Shown here one piece after another: positions 7,644 to 11,843 of a stretch of DNA of 11,843 nt. The first letter of the stretch is position 1. Every line of letters starts with the position of its first letter. The position numbers and the translations under genes were made by a program. A model generated the notes under the pieces. That model was not told the origin of the DNA. It saw nothing but the letters and a program-made list of their open reading frames with translations, and did no database searches. Where the stretch lies: positions 1-11,843 of the forward strand of contig CAMYNQ010000093.1 of the NCBI GenBank assembly GCA_947259785.1, given 5' to 3'. Source of the DNA: an uncultured Chromatiaceae bacterium (GTDB lineage: Bacteria > Pseudomonadota > Gammaproteobacteria > Tenderiales > Tenderiaceae).

Positions 7644-9233
7644 ATGAAGACTGTTGCAATCAGCTTATTGGGCACCGTACTGGACCAGAGGGGCAGAGGA
7701 AAAAAGCGTTGGGATAAATGGCGCCCTACTATCTCCCTCTGTCAGCAGGAAGATCTGCTGATCGACCGCATGGAGTTGGTGTTTCAGCCACACTTCCAAC
7801 GTTTGGCTGACCTCGTCACAGAGGACATTCAACGCGTATCGCCTGAAACCGAAGTCCGACACCACCATGTCGAATTTGAAGACCCCTGGGACTTTGAAGA
7901 GGTCTACGGCAGTCTCCATGACTTCTCCCGCCAATACGGCTTCGACCGCGACAAAGAAGAGTATTTAATCCATATCACCACCGGCACCCATGTAGCTCAG
8001 ATCTGCCTATACCTGCTAACCGAGGCGAACTACCTCCCCGGCCGCTTAGTACAAACCTCCCCAGCCAACCGAGACAACGTTGATGCCGGTAGTTATCAGA
8101 TTATTGATCTTGATCTATCGAAATATGATCAAATCGCCTCACGCTTTTCCCGTGAACACAGCGAAGGCACAATCTATTTGAAAGGCGGCATTGAAACAAA
8201 AAACAAAGAATTCAACCGCGTCATTGCACAGCTGGAAAAGATCTCGATCAACTCTGAAGATCCCATTCTACTCACTGGCCCAACCGGTGCAGGCAAATCA
8301 CAACTGGCCAAACGCATCTATCAACTCAAACAAACACGCGCCCAAGTAAAAGGACGTTTGGTGGAAGTAAACTGTGCCACCCTGCGTGGCGACAATGCCA
8401 TGTCTGCCCTATTTGGCCATAAGAAAGGTGCATTCACCGGCGCAGCCACACAACGTGCGGGACTGTTACTCGAAGCCCACGATGGCATATTATTTCTGGA
8501 TGAAATCGGCGAACTAGGTATAGACGAACAGGCCATGTTATTACGTGCCATCGAAGACAAAAACTTCATGCCCTTCGGCTCAGATACACCCGTCAGCAGT
8601 AACTTTCAACTAATAGCCGGTACCAATCGCGACCTATTTGATGACAGTCGCAGTGGTAAATTCCGCGAAGACCTGTTGGCCAGAATCAATCTCTGGACCT
8701 ATCGCCTACCCTCACTCAAAGAACGCATCGAAGATTTAGAAGTTAACCTGGATTACGAATTGGAACGCTTCGCCCAAAAAGCAGGCTCCCTAGTCAGCTT
8801 CAATAAAGCGGCACGCAGCCGGTACATGAAATTCGCTCACAGCAGTGAAGCCACATGGCGTGCAAACTTCCGCGACCTTAATGCCAGCATCACCCGTTTG
8901 GCTACCCTTTCTGACGGCGGGCGTATTACCCAAGCAGCTGTCGATGATGAAATAATGCGCCTGAAACACGACTGGTCCGCCAAATCACAAGAAATGAACC
9001 CAAAAGCAATCACGGCGAAATTTCTTGACGATGAAACACACACCAAACTGGATCTGTTTGATCATATCCAACTGACCGGTATTGCCAAGGTATGTAAGAG
9101 CGCCAAATCAATGGCTGAGGCTGGCCGGATATTGTTTGACCAAAGTCGGGAACAGAAGAAGTCAGTGAATGACAGTCATCGCCTGAAGCAGTTACTAGCA
9201 AAGTATGGACTGGATTTTAGTATATTTAAATAA
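7644..9233 (+). CDS. rtcR: sigma-54-dependent transcriptional activator RtcR (N-terminal CARF sensor, AAA+ domain with GAFTGA, C-terminal HTH)
   Basis: Collinear with E. coli RtcR across the whole length (MKTVA…GTVLD…RWDKWRPT…CQQE…YLIHITTGTHVAQIC…PTGAGKS…GAFTGA…FLDEIGEL…FREDLLARINLW…RLKQLLAKYGLD). 529 aa. Divergent from rtcBA. Confidence 0.93.
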   Translation: MKTVAISLLGTVLDQRGRGKKRWDKWRPTISLCQQEDLLIDRMELVFQPHFQRLADLVTEDIQRVSPETEVRHHHVEFEDPWDFEEVYGSLHDFSRQYGFDRDKEEYLIHITTGTHVAQICLYLLTEANYLPGRLVQTSPANRDNVDAGSYQIIDLDLSKYDQIASRFSREHSEGTIYLKGGIETKNKEFNRVIAQLEKISINSEDPILLTGPTGAGKSQLAKRIYQLKQTRAQVKGRLVEVNCATLRGDNAMSALFGHKKGAFTGAATQRAGLLLEAHDGILFLDEIGELGIDEQAMLLRAIEDKNFMPFGSDTPVSSNFQLIAGTNRDLFDDSRSGKFREDLLARINLWTYRLPSLKERIEDLEVNLDYELERFAQKAGSLVSFNKAARSRYMKFAHSSEATWRANFRDLNASITRLATLSDGGRITQAAVDDEIMRLKHDWSAKSQEMNPKAITAKFLDDETHTKLDLFDHIQLTGIAKVCKSAKSMAEAGRILFDQSREQKKSVNDSHRLKQLLAKYGLDFSIFK

Positions 9234-9439
9234 ACATAAAATCAGATAACTACAAAAGAATTCATTATTGCAACAGCAACCCCATTTGCGAATCACTACC
9301 TAATAGTCTTTGAGAACTGATGACGATATACTCAGCGTTTAGAAAATGAAGATAAAGAAAATTAGCTACGATTGACTCGTATATTGACCAGTCTTTAGAC
9401 CCACGACATTAATTATTTAAAAAAAGTGTCGATAGAGTA

Positions 9440-9468
9440 TTGACAGAAAAAAAGTTGAGGCGTAGATT
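9440..9468 (+). promoter_or_regulatory. candidate sigma-70 promoter (TTGACA-N17-TAGATT) for the downstream rbfA-like/rtcB2 module
   Basis: Read directly from the sequence: a perfect -35 hexamer, 17-nt spacer and a TAnnnT -10. It would give a leader of about 225 nt before the ATG at 9701. No experimental support. Confidence 0.3.
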
Positions 9469-9509
9469 CACGCCCAATCTTTTAATCACCAACCAACAGG
9501 AGGCAATGA

Positions 9510-9560
9510 ATGAATTTAAACAAAACAATCATGAGCCTCGCGCCCCTTACCTCTCGGTAA
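9510..9560 (+). CDS. possible leader uORF (16 aa, MNLNKTIMSLAPLTSR) with consensus AGGAGG Shine-Dalgarno; alternative frame 9506-9595 (29 aa)
   Basis: AGGAGG at 9498-9503 is followed by two overlapping ATGs in different frames (caATGaATG). The second has ideal 6-nt spacing. The uORF is followed by small hairpins (CCGG-N9-CCGG; AGCUUUU-N4-AAAAGCU) before the main gene. Confidence 0.2.
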   Translation: MNLNKTIMSLAPLTSR

Positions 9561-9700
9561 ATTCTTCCGGTCGTTTGGGCCGGGCTCCTACTTAAAAATC
9601 CCAGCTTTTCCAAAAAAGCTTAATTTCGCTGACATGCACTGGCTATGGACTCTTGCGTCCTTTGTACGCCTATCGTTATGTCATGCGCTAGGAGTATGTA

Positions 9701-10147
9701 ATGAACAATTCAAAACAATGGCTCAAGAAAGCCAAACAGCTATGTGACGAGCTAGGCCCGGAAGACGGGATCGATCCGCGTATTTTGGCGCGGGCACTAG
9801 ACACTAAAACAAAAAGTCATAAAAGCCAGCAATTATGCAAAGAGGCAAAACATACGCTGTCGCTGGTACTAGCAGGAGAACTCAGTGACCCAACGCTACA
9901 GAATCTGGGTGTAGTTGATGTCACGACAAATGATGACGGTCAGTTTCTTTTTGTTTCAGTCAGTCACATAGATACCGGCATAGTGCCGGATGAGAATCAA
10001 ACACTAAACAAACTGCAAGCAATACAGGGCTATCTTCGCTCTGCCATTGCTCAATCAGTAAAGCGAAAACGAGTGCCCGCTCTTAAGTTTCAATTGGTGC
10101 GGCCACCCAATGAGGTAAACAGTGATGCCTATTCAAAAAACAATTAG
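9701..10147 (+). CDS. RbfA-family (ribosome-binding factor A, type-II KH fold) paralogue with ~38-aa N-terminal extension, coupled to RtcB2
   Basis: Residues 41-131 align without gaps to E. coli RbfA residues 10-100. Shared motifs include ELSDPTLQ/EIKDPRLG, VVDVTTNDDGQFLFVSVS/VSGVEMSRDLAYAKVYVT, QGYLRSAIAQ/SGFIRSLLGK and KRKRVPALKFQL/MRLRIVPELTFF. GGAG Shine-Dalgarno lies 6 nt upstream. The 3' end overlaps the RtcB2 start by 23 nt. The housekeeping rbfA normally lies in the nusA-infB operon, so this is an extra copy. Confidence 0.6.
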   Translation: MNNSKQWLKKAKQLCDELGPEDGIDPRILARALDTKTKSHKSQQLCKEAKHTLSLVLAGELSDPTLQNLGVVDVTTNDDGQFLFVSVSHIDTGIVPDENQTLNKLQAIQGYLRSAIAQSVKRKRVPALKFQLVRPPNEVNSDAYSKNN

Positions 10148-11321
10148 CAAAGGCAAAGTACCGGTAAAGATCTATACCGATGAAGTTGAGCACGGCGCGA
10201 TGCAGCAGCTCTATAACATCGCACAGCTGCCGTTCATTCACAGCCATATTGCGGCCATGCCGGACGTACACCTGGGAAAAGGTGCCACGGTGGGATCTGT
10301 CATCCCCACCAAAGGTGCCATCATCCCTGCGGCAGTGGGTGTGGATATCGGCTGCGGTATGAACGCTATTCGTCTGTCGATTAAGGCCAAGGACTTGCCG
10401 GACAATCTACGAGCGATGCGCCTGGCGATCGAAGAAGCGATTCCGGTTGGTTTCAACATGCACAAATCAGATCGTGCACGTCAATCAACCATACGAGCAC
10501 TTTCTGGTGGACTGGATCAGATCATCGGCAAACACAAAAAGATCTACTCAATGCAAAAGAAGCCGTATCAAACCTGGATTCGCCAAATCGGTACGCTGGG
10601 TGGTGGCAACCACTTCATTGAGCTATGCCTGGATGAAAACGATGATGTCTGGGTGATGCTGCATTCTGGTAGTCGCGGTGTGGGTAATGTCATCGGTCAG
10701 TACTTTATCAATTTGGCAAAGAAGGATATGGGACAGCATATCGTCAATCTGCCAGACAAAGACCTGGCTTACTTCACTGAAGGGGCCAAGTACTTTGATG
10801 ATTATGTCGAAGCAGTTGAATGGGCGCAAGACTACGCCATGGCTAACCGGCGCGAGATGATGCACTTCATTCTCAAGGCACTGCGTAAGAAGCTACCAAA
10901 GTTTGGCATCACAAAAGAGGCCATTAACTGCCATCACAACTATGTGTCGCAGGAAGTTCATTTCGGTGAAAAAGTGTTTGTCACCCGCAAAGGTGCCATT
11001 CGTGCAGGTTTGGATGAGCTTGGCATTATTCCCGGCAGCATGGGCGCTAAGTCGTTCATTGTACGCGGCAAGGGTAATCCACAGTCATTCTGCTCTTGCT
11101 CGCATGGCGCAGGCAGAAAGATGAGCCGTAGTGCCGCCAAGCGTGAGTTTGGTGAACAGGATGTTATCCACCAGACCGAAGGCGTTGAATGCCGAAAGGA
11201 CAAAGGGATCATTGATGAGATCCCTAGTGCCTACAAAGACATCGACAAAGTAATGGAGCATCAGAGCGATCTGATTGAAGTAGTACATACGCTGAAACAA
11301 GTCGTATGCGTTAAGGGCTAG
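10125..11321 (+). CDS. RtcB-family RNA ligase, paralogue 2 (RtcB2)
   Basis: All catalytic blocks are conserved (MPDVHLGKGATVGSVIPT, AAVGVDIGCGM, GGGNHFIEL, LHSGSRGVGN, NCHHNYV, IPGSMG, CSCSHGAGR). It is about 60-65% identical to the upstream RtcB over the conserved blocks but diverges in the residue ~100-160 segment. GAGG Shine-Dalgarno lies 9 nt before ATG 10125; the GTG at 10122 is less likely. Confidence 0.9.
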   Translation: MPIQKTISKGKVPVKIYTDEVEHGAMQQLYNIAQLPFIHSHIAAMPDVHLGKGATVGSVIPTKGAIIPAAVGVDIGCGMNAIRLSIKAKDLPDNLRAMRLAIEEAIPVGFNMHKSDRARQSTIRALSGGLDQIIGKHKKIYSMQKKPYQTWIRQIGTLGGGNHFIELCLDENDDVWVMLHSGSRGVGNVIGQYFINLAKKDMGQHIVNLPDKDLAYFTEGAKYFDDYVEAVEWAQDYAMANRREMMHFILKALRKKLPKFGITKEAINCHHNYVSQEVHFGEKVFVTRKGAIRAGLDELGIIPGSMGAKSFIVRGKGNPQSFCSCSHGAGRKMSRSAAKREFGEQDVIHQTEGVECRKDKGIIDEIPSAYKDIDKVMEHQSDLIEVVHTLKQVVCVKG

Positions 11322-11426
11322 CAGCCTTAATCAACCAAAACAGGAGAAAAGGCATGTTTATAAACAAGCATACAAGAAACGACAGACACATAAACATGAA
11401 ACAAGAATTTAGAGAGAGATACGATT

Positions 11427-11843
11427 ATGAAGAAAGAGATCTTAGATGAAGTTATCGCCTGCCTGCCCGAAGAGCGAACACTGTTTCACTACTTCAAAGG
11501 CCAGTACGCCTTTCATTTGCTCACCTATGCTACACGGGAGCAGCCTAGTGTTAGCGCTATCAAGCGATCACCGTTTCAGCACCTGTTGAATCAGCCGGAT
11601 GTAAAAGCACTGCTTGCATATATGGGCAGTGGGAAACTCACACCTGAGATGTTTGAACATGCCTGGAAAGAGACTAGCCATCCTTTTGTATTGACGGTAG
11701 ATAAATGGGGTGACAATAACCGCTGGAATTATCAGACCACCCGTAAAGGCTGCAACCTGGTGCTTCAGCTCAATTTCTCAGAGAAGCATAACCGTGCCTA
11801 TAAACGACTGGTTAAACCGGACGATGATTACGTCTTCAACTAC
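11427..11843 (+). CDS. hypothetical protein, 5' part only (139 codons, open to window end); unidentified partner of RtcB2
   Basis: The reading frame is uninterrupted from ATG 11427 to the window edge. A purine-rich stretch (GAGAGAGA) lies 8 nt upstream. It is co-directional and about 100 nt after rtcB2. No motif was recognised: it has no GGQ motif, so it is not PrfH, and it shows no archease signature. Confidence 0.5.
   Translation, partial: MKKEILDEVIACLPEERTLFHYFKGQYAFHLLTYATREQPSVSAIKRSPFQHLLNQPDVKALLAYMGSGKLTPEMFEHAWKETSHPFVLTVDKWGDNNRWNYQTTRKGCNLVLQLNFSEKHNRAYKRLVKPDDDYVFNY

Noticed and set aside
7617-7646. GATAT direct repeats abutting the rtcR start as a discrete regulator-binding site
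   Set aside because: They are short and A/T-rich, and are equally well explained as the rtcR -10 or UP-element region. They are mentioned only within the control-region finding.
9640-9660. Possible second sigma-54 promoter TGGCTATGGACTCTTGC upstream of the rbfA-like gene
   Set aside because: The GG...GC spacing is 12 nt rather than the strict 10 nt. It also lacks the CAC that follows GG.
11427-11843. Downstream partner of RtcB2 being PrfH (release-factor H), as in described RtcB2-PrfH systems
   Set aside because: There is no GGQ motif and no resemblance to the RF2-like domains in the 139 residues visible. The hallmark partner here appears to be the upstream RbfA-like gene instead.
1-11843. 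Mobile elements, CRISPR arrays, rsr (Ro60) gene
   Set aside because: No transposase or integrase ORFs and no repeat-spacer arrays were seen. No TROVE-domain-sized ORF is present in this window, though rsr may lie outside it.

Overview
The window is a roughly 45% GC stretch of a bacterial chromosome, probably gammaproteobacterial, with three parts. (1) Positions 25-3224 (+) hold a tightly coupled five-gene operon: an SDR Rossmann oxidoreductase fused to a DoxX-like membrane domain, a DUF2269-like membrane protein, a DUF4166-like protein, a DCC/DUF393 thiol-disulfide oxidoreductase and a DoxX-like protein. This is a membrane redox module of unknown function. (2) Convergent to it, on the minus strand, is a 384-aa cytoplasmic SPFH/band-7 protein (3308-4462) whose N-terminal region carries a triplicated PG-x-Y-x-YW motif. 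(3) The rest is a complete RNA-repair locus. rtcB-rtcA lie on the minus strand, driven by a near-consensus sigma-54 promoter. rtcR, the CARF/AAA+ sigma-54 activator with a GAFTGA motif, is divergent. A compound tRNA-like non-coding element with two T-arms, a D-arm, CUGUUAA and UAGUUA loops and a UUCG hairpin sits in the 3' region of the rtcBA transcript, followed by a terminator. Downstream of rtcR is a second module: a 148-aa RbfA-family (ribosome-binding factor A) paralogue translationally coupled to a second RtcB paralogue (RtcB2), followed by an unidentified partner gene that runs off the window. This RbfA-like/RtcB2 pairing is the most interesting signal: it looks like an undescribed 16S-rRNA/30S repair system analogous to RtcB2-PrfH. 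All family calls come from motif-level recognition by eye. No database search was run.
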